Assembly: GCF_004799665.1 (NCBI RefSeq) | Contig: NZ_CP031310.1 | Location: forward strand, 200,887-240,886 | DNA: 40,000 nt | Source of the DNA: Halapricum salinum | Lineage (GTDB): Archaea; Halobacteriota; Halobacteria; Halobacteriales; Haloarculaceae | Direction of reading: 5' to 3' | Shown here: piece after piece, positions 9,484-18,526 of the stretch | Position numbering within the stretch: position 1 is the first letter of the stretch | How the letters are laid out: each line of letters opens with the position of its first letter | The notes under the pieces: model-generated | Seen by the model: the letters and a program-made list of their open reading frames with translations, nothing else | Told to the model about the DNA's origin: nothing | Database searches by the model: none | Made by a program: the position numbers and the translations under genes

Positions 9484-9627
9484 ATGCTCGACGCAGAACT
9501 CGAAGTCTGTCCCGACTGTGGAACCCTGCACATGGAAGGCGGTCCCGGTCCCCGGGACGTCGAGGAGTGCGCCAACTGCGGCGGCCACCTCTCCGAGGTC
9601 GAACTCGACGACCTGATCGGGCTCTAG
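9484..9627 (+). CDS. Small (47 aa) zinc-ribbon protein
   Basis: My own translation gives MLDAELEVCPDCGTLHMEGGPGPRDVEECANCGGHLSEVELDDLIGL*, with two CxxC pairs and an acidic tail. It falls below the 60-aa cutoff of the ORF track. Confidence 0.4.
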   Translation: MLDAELEVCPDCGTLHMEGGPGPRDVEECANCGGHLSEVELDDLIGL

Positions 9628-9717
9628 GCCCCGTAGCGACGCCGTCTCGAACACTCGAATGGAGTGTTCGGCTCGGACCTGACACGTTTATATCTCCCCA
9701 GCCAGGAATCGAGGGTA

Positions 9718-10191
9718 ATGAGCGATCTCGCTGCCTACCTTGGGTTTCTGGCGATCGCGCTGGCGACTCACGCGCTGATCGGCTACACGCTCGGGCAGTT
9801 CCTGTTCGACCGGCCCTGGGCAGGTCTCGTCGGTGGGCTGGCTGCCGATATCGATCTGCTCTTTCTGGGCATGTTCGAGTGGCCGTTCATCCATCGCGGG
9901 ATCACGCACACGCTGTTGATCGGTGGGCTGGCGACGGCCGTGGTTCTCGCCCGTGAGCGACGACTTGGGCTGGCCTTCGGCGTCGGCTACGCTTCGCAGT
10001 TACTGATCGACACGACGACTCCCAAGGGCGTCCCGCACCTCTATCCGCTCGTGGAGACGTCGTTCTACGTCGACCTCGGGACGACCGGCCACTCGCCCGG
10101 CCCGACCGTCGCGTTCTGGGTGCTCTGTCTGGGACTGCTGTGGTACTACGATCATCTCTCGATTCCTGATCGGCTCTCCCGGTCGGTGTGA
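9718..10191 (+). CDS. Membrane-bound metal-dependent hydrolase (DUF457/YdjM-like)
   Basis: MSDLAAYLGFLAIALATHALIGY...GGLAADIDLLF...HRGITHTLL matches the His/Asp pattern of the DUF457 family. A tttata box at 9687-9692, about 26 nt upstream of the ATG, suggests a leaderless mRNA. Confidence 0.7.
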   Translation: MSDLAAYLGFLAIALATHALIGYTLGQFLFDRPWAGLVGGLAADIDLLFLGMFEWPFIHRGITHTLLIGGLATAVVLARERRLGLAFGVGYASQLLIDTTTPKGVPHLYPLVETSFYVDLGTTGHSPGPTVAFWVLCLGLLWYYDHLSIPDRLSRSV

Positions 10192-10205
10192 GCACAGCAC
10201 GGAGC

Positions 10206-10628
10206 CTATTCGTCACGTGCGGCCGTGCTTTGTGGTCGATTTGTGTACCACAGCGCCCACGCGACGAGGACGGCCTGCAATGGCAGGCGCGCCCACAGCG
10301 CTGCGTCGGAGACGTTCCCGACGGGGCCAGGAAGGTCGAGCTCGTCGCTCGTCGCCATGTAGACGTTGGCCGGAAAGACCGCCACCAGCAGCGCGACGAT
10401 CCCCCACGCCGAGACGTTCCGCGTCCGCTCGAAGAGGACGCCGACGCCGAGGACGATCTCCGCTATCCCGGAGAGATAGACGAGCGCCCGTGGTCGCGGG
10501 AGTTGTGGCGGGACGATCCGTGCGAACATCGACGGGGAGAGAAAGTGCGCCACGCCCGCGAGGACGTACGCGAACCCCATCACGTACCGAAGCGGCCGTT
10601 TCGATCGGGAAACGAGGCTGGATGACAC
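10206..10628 (-). CDS. DoxX-family membrane protein
   Basis: VMGFAYVLAGVAHFLSPSMFARIVPPQLP...LSGIAEIVLGVGVLF...ALLVAVFPANVYMA. The start is either the GTG at 10628 or the ATG at 10580. Confidence 0.7.
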   Translation of the reverse strand: MSSSLVSRSKRPLRYVMGFAYVLAGVAHFLSPSMFARIVPPQLPRPRALVYLSGIAEIVLGVGVLFERTRNVSAWGIVALLVAVFPANVYMATSDELDLPGPVGNVSDAALWARLPLQAVLVAWALWYTNRPQSTAARDE

Positions 10629-10872
10629 GGTCGAAAGGTTGGGATGGGAGTGGGGTAAGCATTCGCCTCGTTAGAAGCGTCACAGACAGCCTCCCCGATC
10701 TGAGCCTCGCCGAGACATTCCGGGTGCTCGCTTCGCTGCGCTCCCGGGCTGTGACTCGTCTGCTCAAATCGGCTCGGATGGATTTCTGCTGCTCGCGGAT
10801 TGCTCGCAGCAGAAATGCCGCCTCCCGGATATATACCAAGAGTTCAAATGCCTACCCGTTCTAAATTAGAGT

Positions 10873-12132
10873 ATGCCAAGGTTGCCACCCGCGATCGAAA
10901 CACTCCACACGCGGATTGAGAATTCGGAGACCCTCGCACCAGAAGATAAGGATGTCCTCCTGAAGTTCTCTTCAGAGCTCGGGGTGCATAACTACTCTGT
11001 GGGGCGATGGTCAAAGCTCCTCCAGCACTGCACGATGATGGCTGGGGATTCGTCCAAATACTCCCCAGATGAACTACCCAAGCCAGATTTAGCAGAAATC
11101 ATCGGAGAGTCAAAGAAAGAGAAAGATGCCGCGAAGAAATACGTCAGGTGGATCAACGCGAACTATGATAACGAAGAGTCGAAACGTGACCATCGAGTCG
11201 CGCTACGAATGCTTGGTGGGCACCTAACAGAAGGTGATTACGAGGAAGAGAAACCATCAAGTGTTGAGTGGATCTCGGCTGATCTCCCGAAGGACTATGA
11301 TCCAAAGCCCGACCCGACGAAGATGTGGTGGTGGGACGATCACATTGTTCCTGTCCTGAATAACGCTAAATACGCACGCAACAAGGCAGCGGTCGCTGTA
11401 GACTGGGATGCTGGTCCACGCTCCGGGGAGTTTCGTGAACTCACTGTTGGTGACGTTAGTGACCACAAGTACGGGATGGAGATCACCGTTGATGGGAAGA
11501 AAGGTCGCCGCTCAATGGTGCTCATCTCATCAGTCCCATACCTCAAACGCTGGTTAGAGGTTCACCCTCGGGGTAACGAGCCTGATGCACCGCTTTGGTC
11601 GGACTTAGACACCGGGCGGGATGTGAGCTACAACATGAAGTTGAAGATGCTTCGAGCACCCGTCAAGCGAGCGGTTGATAACGGCGATCTCAGAAAGCCA
11701 TCGAAGATGGAATTCACGCGGATGCGGAAGTCTTCCGCGAGTTACCTCGCGCGAAAGAACGTGTCACAGAATCATATAGAGAACCATCATGGCTGGGTGA
11801 AAAACAGCGATGAAGCTCGACGATATATCGATGTGTTCCGGGAGGATACTGCTCGTGAAGTGGCCCGTGCCCATGGAGTAGACGTTTCGGAGGATGAGAT
11901 CGAGGATATCGGGCCGGTGCAGTGTCCACGTTGTCAACGCGATACGCCCAGGGGAGAAGCCCAATGTATGTGGTGTGGGCAGGCTCTGGGTCCGAAGGGT
12001 GTCGAGCGGCTCGAAGAACGGGAAGAACGACTCTTCGACTCCGCGTTGGAAGCTGATGGCGACATGAAAGAGCGAGTCAAGAGCATCCAAAGCGAGATCG
12101 AGGAACTCCGCTCATTGGGGCTTGAAATATAG
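10873..12132 (+). CDS. Tyrosine recombinase / phage-type integrase with C-terminal zinc ribbon
   Basis: In the 419-aa ORF the catalytic-domain landmarks are AGPRSGEFRELTVGDV (Arg I), FTRMRKSSASYLA, NHHGW and ARRYIDV (Tyr). The C-terminus has CPRCQRDTPRGEAQCMWCG. An atatata box lies at 10829-10835 upstream. G+C drops abruptly at this gene. Confidence 0.88.
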   Translation: MPRLPPAIETLHTRIENSETLAPEDKDVLLKFSSELGVHNYSVGRWSKLLQHCTMMAGDSSKYSPDELPKPDLAEIIGESKKEKDAAKKYVRWINANYDNEESKRDHRVALRMLGGHLTEGDYEEEKPSSVEWISADLPKDYDPKPDPTKMWWWDDHIVPVLNNAKYARNKAAVAVDWDAGPRSGEFRELTVGDVSDHKYGMEITVDGKKGRRSMVLISSVPYLKRWLEVHPRGNEPDAPLWSDLDTGRDVSYNMKLKMLRAPVKRAVDNGDLRKPSKMEFTRMRKSSASYLARKNVSQNHIENHHGWVKNSDEARRYIDVFREDTAREVARAHGVDVSEDEIEDIGPVQCPRCQRDTPRGEAQCMWCGQALGPKGVERLEEREERLFDSALEADGDMKERVKSIQSEIEELRSLGLEI

Positions 12133-12190
12133 AACATACACTTCCGGTAAAGCCCCAAGATAGAGTTAGATTCGGTCTTGTTGTCTCATC

Positions 12191-12735
12191 TCATTTTTCA
12201 GTTATAACTAGCCCCCTGTTCGTTTTCGATTTGTATCCTCTCACTGATCGAACGGAATCAATGGTGTTCCCTTTCCTCCCATCGATCCTGAGTACTATTG
12301 GCGTAGTATTCCAGAGACTGAATGGTCTCTTCATCGTCGGTGGGCCATCTCCCGGTGTTGCGGACACCAAACCCTGCTCTCTGAGAAATTCGAGGAGGGT
12401 TTGTCCGTACAATTCTTTGGACCTGTTGTTCAGTCCTTCCGCAGAGTACCGGGTATTCGCGGTGATGTATTCCCAGGATGGTTCGTGGTCGCGCGGCAGT
12501 CCATCCAGTTGAAATTGCTCGTGGAGAATCGCTGGTAACTGTTCTTCGAGTGTTTTCTGGTCGGCACGTCACCTCACTCTGAGTCGTCACCTCGTGTTCG
12601 ATCTAATTCTTCTAAGATGCGTTCGGCGTCGTAGGCGAACGGGAGATCGCTCGCTGCGATTGCCTCCAAATCATCTCGTAGGTCCTCTGCCGTGTCGATA
12701 GCCGACTGGTATGAGTCAGAAGCTTCAGAACTCAT
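12191..12735 (-). pseudogene. Frameshifted hypothetical gene (three frame segments)
   Basis: Frame A runs 12735->12574: MSSEASDSYQSAIDTAEDLRDDLEAIAASDLPFAYDAERILEELDRTRGDDSE*. Protein-like sequence then continues in a second frame (DQKTLEEQLPAILHEQFQLDGLPRDHEPSWEYITANTRYSAEGLNNRSKELYGQTLLEFLREQGLVSATPGDG) that has no start codon. It continues again in a third frame (PTDDEETIQSLEYYANSTQDRWEEREHH*, ending at 12258). Confidence 0.35.
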
Positions 12736-12860
12736 GTTGACTCTGTTCACCTCTGTTCGGTCGATTGTTGCTCAAATACATAGTAATTCTAATTTTGAGT
12801 AAGTAGTGGTTTGATTCACTGTAAGTTAAAACCTTGGAGCCCGAAGAGGAGGATAACAAC

Positions 12861-13385
12861 ATGCCGAACGACACCTCAAACACCTCTGATGACGAAACAG
12901 AGACTGTCGGGAATTTAGAGAAAACCAGCAACTCGGGCTCTGAATACCCTGATAAGAACAGTAAATCCGTAGACGCTACTGAAGATACAAAACCGGATGA
13001 TGAACCGGAAACCGAGATTGATCATCAGAAGGTCAGAGACTTCTTCCAGAAGAAAGGCGCAGTAGAAATCCTCGCTCAGCTCGCTGATGGGCCCAAGCGA
13101 TTCAGCGAAATCGATGATGCACTCGCGGTGAGCCACGGCACGGTTGCAAGTCGGCTCACCGAAGGTGCCAAAACTGGACTCTGGAAAGAGTATTTCCAAT
13201 ATCCAGATGATGGCGGGAAAATCAAGCTATACCAACTCAACCCTGAAGCTGAAGACCTCGCTGAGATCGCTCAACACAACAATATCGCTGAGACAACGGA
13301 ACGCAAACGACAGGCCACCGAACAACACGCCGATGCTGTCTCGAACTTCCAAGACGAGATCAAAACAGACGACTCTGAAACGTGA
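12861..13385 (+). CDS. Winged helix-turn-helix transcription regulator (HxlR/ArsR-like) with acidic N-terminal tail
   Basis: GAVEILAQLADGPKRFSEIDDALAVSHGTVASRLTEGAKTGLWKEY is a typical wHTH core. I prefer the ATG at 12861 to the TTG at 12834. Confidence 0.65.
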   Translation: MPNDTSNTSDDETETVGNLEKTSNSGSEYPDKNSKSVDATEDTKPDDEPETEIDHQKVRDFFQKKGAVEILAQLADGPKRFSEIDDALAVSHGTVASRLTEGAKTGLWKEYFQYPDDGGKIKLYQLNPEAEDLAEIAQHNNIAETTERKRQATEQHADAVSNFQDEIKTDDSET

Positions 13386-13620
13386 GCACCACAATCAACA
13401 CTCAAGTGGCTGTATATTTTGCTCTTGATGGATTCTGTATACTTTAGAGATGATTCCGACGTGGAGGACACTACGTTCGGTTGTTTTTACCCAATATTGA
13501 AAAATAAGACACATTATAATTTGTCGCCGACGTGAATTCTTCTCGGTCTGTGGGGGATATCGACAGACAGCGACACTCATTCTATGGGGCCATATTATAG
13601 AACCCAAGAGGCGACTTATT

Positions 13621-15795
13621 TTGCTCTTAGCAACTGTTGCGGCATCTGAATACGGGGGCAATCACTTATCACGCACCACAAGTTATGATAATCTATATTT
13701 GGTGTACGACGGCCCTCCAATCAAGCATACTGATGACTCAGCTCCTGTGCAGGCACCAGACGATGGCACCTACACAGCGCCGACTGCCTATGCACCGTTT
13801 CCAGAGAAGGATGGCGTTGATTCGGATAGACGGAAGTATGGACCGATAGAACGCCGTGGGATTGACATCCAAGTCTCTTCGCCCGTTGATGACGTTGAGA
13901 CGTTATTCCGTCGGACACACCTCACTGCGCAGTTTCATGCCGAGAATCGTGATTTCTGGAAGGATATATCAGAGTATGAGAACGATGGTGGGAAGCTCTA
14001 TGATGAGGTTGTTCTGAATCTCTGTGACGAGAAACTGGCACTTGAGGGGATTAATACGGCGGAACTTGATATCCCCGAGCGCCGGCTGAAAGCGCTCTTT
14101 CTGCGATTGGCGCGCGGGCAAAATGGGACGGAACTGCATGCGTACTTATCTGGTCCCGATCCTGTCGATTCTGTCGTTCATACACTGCTCGGGTACGAAG
14201 GGCCGGATGATATCCCCTCGTACAACGTCTTACAGCGTGAGTTCCGCGAGCTTAGCGAAGGCAACGATATAGATCTGGATGCCTTCAAAGATGCGGTTAC
14301 CAGGACTGTGTATGCTGTCTTTCGAGCGGGAGTCGTTCCACCGGACGCAATCAAGGAATCGTACAGTTTTGATGCTGTTGCGCCGCCACTAAATGAGAAG
14401 TCAGTCTCACGTGAGACGAAAAAAGAAGAACTACGAAATTGGGTGCGTCTCTTGCTGGATCACACCACCGACCCGCTAACGTTCGGCCGCACTACCGAGA
14501 AGGTTAATCACGATATGCGGGCGTTTATCGGTGCCCTCGCTACATCGGCACTATTTGACTGTGGCTTAGAAGAAATGAAAGATGTCTGTGATTGGGACTA
14601 TCCCCGAGAGAATATCCCATCGGGCGGCTGGCTACACAACTACGTCCCTGAACGAGTACCGGCCGAGTATGACTTACGCGACTTTACTCCTGACGCAGAT
14701 CCCGCTTCGATACCATCCATCGATGCACAATTCGATGCGGTACATACCCGGACGCTGGCCCTAGCGAAGGAGTTTGGATTTTGGTCACGGTCAGATCCGC
14801 TCAATATTGGCGCTGATATGTTCCGCATCGATTGGACAGGAGACTCTCTTGAAGCCACAATCGGTCGTCCACCGAAAGCTGACAACGACGCCGTTACTGA
14901 GCAGTGGACCTTTCTCGTCGCCGGTGGCATTGACACAGAGAGCCGATTTGTCCTCGGCGGTCGTTTGGTGGCGACACTATATGACTATCCGACGGCTCTT
15001 GCTGAGATTCTATCGAATACCTTCGACACCGTCGATATCGACTCTATTTTCATCGACAGCGAAATCATCGGGGGCGAACTGATCGAGACAGTCCGACGCT
15101 TCGCGGGCGACGATTGGGTCATCAGTGCGCCGGACCACACGATTATCAAAGGTTTGAGACGGTTGACGCCAAGCAACTGCATCGGATTCGCTCAGGACGT
15201 GAAGTGGAACGTAGAGCCCAAGCCAAATGTGGTCACATATCCATACAACAGTGATGATCCGGACCTCGTCGAGATCGACCCTGAGAAGGTATTAACAGAA
15301 GAGATACAACATGAAGAAGACGGCGAAAAGGTTCGCGTTCCACTTGCGACCGGAGATGAGGGGGATACCAGGGTTCAGGGTCCACTAGTTCCTGACGATG
15401 CAATACCGATGCTTACTGAAGCGTTTTCGGACCTAGCTGCACAGGACGGGGTTGGCATCAATAAACACGCCACGCATGCGACGTATCTTACGGACCGCTC
15501 CCTACGGTATCGCTCAGGGGCTGGCGTTCGAGATGAGTATATCCAGCGGTGGGCCATCGAACCGACTATCGGCCAGATTGTCCATAATTTTATGCCACAC
15601 ATCAAGGGCAAAGATCCCAAACAGCGTCTGTACGGCATGCACATCGCTATTCTGTTTTACAATTGGCACACGATGATCAATCGGTGCCTCTCACCACGCG
15701 GGCTTCGGCTTGATGTCACCGATACCCAACTCCTTCAAGCAATTCGGGACGTAGCGTTTGATCCAGTGGACTACGATGCCTTCTGGTCAGAATAG
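13621..15795 (+). CDS. Large IS4-superfamily-like DDE transposase ORF
   Basis: The 724-aa ORF has candidate DDE landmarks: ADMFRIDWTGD, IDSIFIDSEIIGGELIETVRRFAGDDWVISAP, and a Y-x2-R-x3-E signature in RDEYIQRWAIEPTIGQ. No ATG occurs in the first roughly 290 codons, so the start (TTG at 13621 or GTG near 13703) is uncertain. Confidence 0.55.
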   Translation: MLLATVAASEYGGNHLSRTTSYDNLYLVYDGPPIKHTDDSAPVQAPDDGTYTAPTAYAPFPEKDGVDSDRRKYGPIERRGIDIQVSSPVDDVETLFRRTHLTAQFHAENRDFWKDISEYENDGGKLYDEVVLNLCDEKLALEGINTAELDIPERRLKALFLRLARGQNGTELHAYLSGPDPVDSVVHTLLGYEGPDDIPSYNVLQREFRELSEGNDIDLDAFKDAVTRTVYAVFRAGVVPPDAIKESYSFDAVAPPLNEKSVSRETKKEELRNWVRLLLDHTTDPLTFGRTTEKVNHDMRAFIGALATSALFDCGLEEMKDVCDWDYPRENIPSGGWLHNYVPERVPAEYDLRDFTPDADPASIPSIDAQFDAVHTRTLALAKEFGFWSRSDPLNIGADMFRIDWTGDSLEATIGRPPKADNDAVTEQWTFLVAGGIDTESRFVLGGRLVATLYDYPTALAEILSNTFDTVDIDSIFIDSEIIGGELIETVRRFAGDDWVISAPDHTIIKGLRRLTPSNCIGFAQDVKWNVEPKPNVVTYPYNSDDPDLVEIDPEKVLTEEIQHEEDGEKVRVPLATGDEGDTRVQGPLVPDDAIPMLTEAFSDLAAQDGVGINKHATHATYLTDRSLRYRSGAGVRDEYIQRWAIEPTIGQIVHNFMPHIKGKDPKQRLYGMHIAILFYNWHTMINRCLSPRGLRLDVTDTQLLQAIRDVAFDPVDYDAFWSE

Positions 15796-15862
15796 GATGC
15801 GACAAGCCGAGAGTGGCGTACCAGAATAAGCCACTAACCTCATCTTACACGTCGAATCAACC

Positions 15863-16357
15863 ATGAGACTCCGATACTACGCTGATTCCGACATTCGTGA
15901 ACACCACGAGCACGTTCTCCAACTGTTACGGACGCTCCACGACAACCACGGTATCGTGGTGGAGATTGACCGTATCGACGAACAGCATGGGCCGATCACG
16001 GAGTTCCCCGGTGAGATGCGGGCTTCGACGCCAGAAGACATCTACGAACGCGATCTCAAACGGAACCGTGCCCTAAACCAGTCCATCGAACCGACCCCCT
16101 CGGAAGGGTTCAAACGGTACGGCAAGTTCGATATTGCCGGCAACATCGCACTCGTTGATGACGAAGGGACTGTCCAGTGGGCTTCGACGCTGCCGGGCTA
16201 TGCTGACGGCTACGGACCAGGTGTCGAGGACCGAACAGCCATGGACTTCCTCGAAGATATCGCCACGCCGCCAAGCAACCGTGTCTGTGTCGAGTGTCTC
16301 CACCTGCTGGACGGCGACGAACGCTTCTGTCCGAACTGTGGCGCAGAACTCCGGTAA
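15863..16357 (+). CDS. Hypothetical protein with C-terminal zinc ribbon
   Basis: The 164-aa acidic ORF ends in CVECLHLLDGDERFCPNCGAEL. Confidence 0.55.
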   Translation: MRLRYYADSDIREHHEHVLQLLRTLHDNHGIVVEIDRIDEQHGPITEFPGEMRASTPEDIYERDLKRNRALNQSIEPTPSEGFKRYGKFDIAGNIALVDDEGTVQWASTLPGYADGYGPGVEDRTAMDFLEDIATPPSNRVCVECLHLLDGDERFCPNCGAELR

Positions 16358-16520
16358 CGAACAGTAGTAGTCCCGCGATTCCACAGCTTCCATTGTTCCT
16401 GCGCAACTAAGGGCCTGCTTGTACGCGCCGACTGATGGGCAGCACACGCTTTGGAAACAGAATCGAAGATGTCGATCACTATTCTCTCGACATCGGTCGA
16501 TCCCACAGTTCTCGACGCAC

Positions 16521-17912
16521 CTACTGCGACGCGCTCGGGTCAACGATTTGCTCAAGATCGAACAACTGCAGGTCGTCACGATCGGCTGCCGAATCATGAA
16601 CAGACTGCGTGAATCCGTTCCGGGCGAACAACGCATACTCGTGCTCAACGCCTGTACCATCGGGCGACCATCGAATTTCCTCCGTGTGGGATTCAAGTGA
16701 GGCGAGCGCGCTGTAATCGAACGGTGCAGACGTGAACTTGCACTCACCCGTCACCATCGTCCCGTTTGCGGTGAGCCCGACGACATCCACTTCGTGTTCG
16801 TTGTACCACCAGCGTCCGATGTCGGTGAACATCGTATCGGGATAGAGGTCAGGCAAGATATCCTGACACCGAGTTTCGAATGCCGGGCTCACGAAATCCG
16901 CTAGTTCCGGTTCGATAACCGTCTCGTACGCATCGGCCCCCAATCGCTCGTACCGGTCTTCGTTCCCGTAGACGAACCGGAACCAAAACCGGAACAACGG
17001 GTCGAGAATCCGGTACCGCCCGCGCCGTGACTTCGCCTTATCTTCCGTCACCGGCACCTCCCGTTCGACTAGCCGTAGCCGCTCCAGTTTCTGCGTATAC
17101 GTCGAAATCTGCTTACTCTCGATCCCGACCGTTTGCGCGATTTCATTCGACGTCGTGTTCCCGGCCGCGATCGCCTTCAGAATAGCAAAGTACCGGTTCG
17201 GTTCAGTCAACTCAGTCCGAAGGACGTACTCCGGTTCGTCATGCAGGAATCCCTGCCGTGACAGCAGCGACTGCTGGATGACTGTTCCGAGGTCACCATC
17301 TAGGTCGATGCCGTCCAAATAGTACGGTGTCCCGCCAAACACGCCCCACGCGAACAGCAACTGTTCGGGGGTATAGCTCTCGGGAAAGAACGTCCGCACG
17401 GCAGCAAAGTCGAGCTGGCGGAGATCGATTTTCTCAGTGAATCGACCATACAGAGGACTGTTCCCGAGGAGTGTCGCCTCCTCCATCATACTAATCGAGG
17501 ATCCCACGAGCACGAGCGTCACGCCCGTGTCACGCAACTCCTGATCCCAGAGTCGCTGGATAACCGACGGAAGACTCTCGTCGGCGTCAATCAGGTACGG
17601 AAACTCGTCCAGCACGATGACTGCATCCTGGTCAGCGAGATACCCAAGCAGCGATTCCCACTCGTTCTCGATTCGGTCGATACCCGGAAACGACTCAGCC
17701 GCTACGTCCACGAACGCGTCCAGTTGGATTTGCCGGGTTGTTTCAGTCGCTTGGTACAGAACGGCGTCATCGCGGTTTGTTAGTGACTCTCGGACGAGTT
17801 CGGTTTTCCCGAGACGGCGACGTCCGAAAATCACGACCATATCAGCGTCGTCCGACTCATAGCAGTCTCGAAGCCGACTGAGTTCATCCTCCCGATCCAC
17901 GAATCGCTCCAT
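16521..17912 (-). CDS. Archaeal ATPase (Arch_ATPase, AAA-type) with DUF234-like C-terminal domain
   Basis: FVDREDELSRLRDCYES...VVIFGRRRLGKTELV is the Walker A motif and VIVLDEFPYL is the Walker B motif. A wHTH-like segment follows (NRYFAILKAIAAGNTTSNEIAQTVG), then a nuclease-like C-terminus. Confidence 0.8.
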   Translation of the reverse strand: MERFVDREDELSRLRDCYESDDADMVVIFGRRRLGKTELVRESLTNRDDAVLYQATETTRQIQLDAFVDVAAESFPGIDRIENEWESLLGYLADQDAVIVLDEFPYLIDADESLPSVIQRLWDQELRDTGVTLVLVGSSISMMEEATLLGNSPLYGRFTEKIDLRQLDFAAVRTFFPESYTPEQLLFAWGVFGGTPYYLDGIDLDGDLGTVIQQSLLSRQGFLHDEPEYVLRTELTEPNRYFAILKAIAAGNTTSNEIAQTVGIESKQISTYTQKLERLRLVEREVPVTEDKAKSRRGRYRILDPLFRFWFRFVYGNEDRYERLGADAYETVIEPELADFVSPAFETRCQDILPDLYPDTMFTDIGRWWYNEHEVDVVGLTANGTMVTGECKFTSAPFDYSALASLESHTEEIRWSPDGTGVEHEYALFARNGFTQSVHDSAADRDDLQLFDLEQIVDPSASQ

Positions 17913-17946
17913 ATCCTTTGACTGCCGCCCAGTCAGATAAAACTCT

Positions 17947-17991
17947 CGAATAGACTAACGCAGAATAGGCTAACTGAGAATTGGCTAACTG
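17947..17991. repeat. Three tandem 15-bp units (cgaatagactaacgc / agaataggctaactg / agaattggctaactg)
   Basis: Read directly from the sequence. Units 2 and 3 are 14/15 identical and unit 1 matches at 11/15. CTAAC cores fall at 17955, 17970 and 17985. The repeat lies 35-80 nt upstream of the ATPase start (17912, minus strand). Confidence 0.6.
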
Positions 17992-18087
17992 GTGATTGTC
18001 TCCATATATAATTCAGTGACAGCAGAAACAGCCCTCTATTGCCGAGGCGACTTCGAGGACGGCTGATGTCTCGAATCCAACTGGCCG

Positions 18088-18429
18088 CTACCGTGTGTCG
18101 CTTATCCGTCGTCTCGCTCGATAGTCCAGTACTTCGCTGGCATACCCGGCATCATCTCGATCACTCTCTGCAACGGTTTCGAACGCCTGGCGCGAAATTT
18201 GCTTTGTCAGTAACTCACTGTCCTCAATCTTCCAGGCAAACGGCTCAGTAGGATCTATCCCCCGCTCTTGCAACATCTCCTCGTCCACGCGTAAAGACAT
18301 CACAAGCTCGTCGCCATAGGCACGTGCCTGATTACGGCTCAACACCAAGTTATCCAGATACCCGTCACCACCTGGCGTAGGTGTCGCCCACTCGACTGTC
18401 CAGTCAGACCCGACGTGATCTGAATGCAT
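18088..18429 (-). CDS. Hypothetical protein
   Basis: The 113-aa acidic ORF has haloarchaeal-like composition. I recognised no motif. Confidence 0.45.
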   Translation of the reverse strand: MHSDHVGSDWTVEWATPTPGGDGYLDNLVLSRNQARAYGDELVMSLRVDEEMLQERGIDPTEPFAWKIEDSELLTKQISRQAFETVAESDRDDAGYASEVLDYRARRRISDTR

Positions 18430-18526
18430 GCCTCATCGTAGGTCGTGGGAGAAGAAAACCTTCGATGACGTGGTTCTCGATTGATCGCCAACTGTGCTTT
18501 TGCCACTCGAAATAGAACGTGTCGCC

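Noticed and set aside
10842-10849. A T-loop-like gttcaaat next to the integrase gene, which might be the 3' end of a tRNA integration target.
   Set aside because: The flanking bases cannot form a T-stem. I could not build any acceptor, D or anticodon arms on either strand within 10,629-10,872. A covariance-model scan is still needed.
13415-13628. The 12-bp direct repeat tattttgctctt at 13415-13426 and 13617-13628 brackets the AT-rich region upstream of the transposase ORF, which might be a target-site duplication or element end.
   Set aside because: There is no matching sequence at the 3' side of the transposase ORF (15796-15862), so it does not delimit an IS. It could be chance in AT-rich DNA.
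16073-16747. A 224-aa minus-strand ORF spanning the end of the zinc-ribbon gene and the 3' end of the ATPase gene.
   Set aside because: It overlaps two better-supported genes and has an implausible Cys/Arg/Ser-rich composition.
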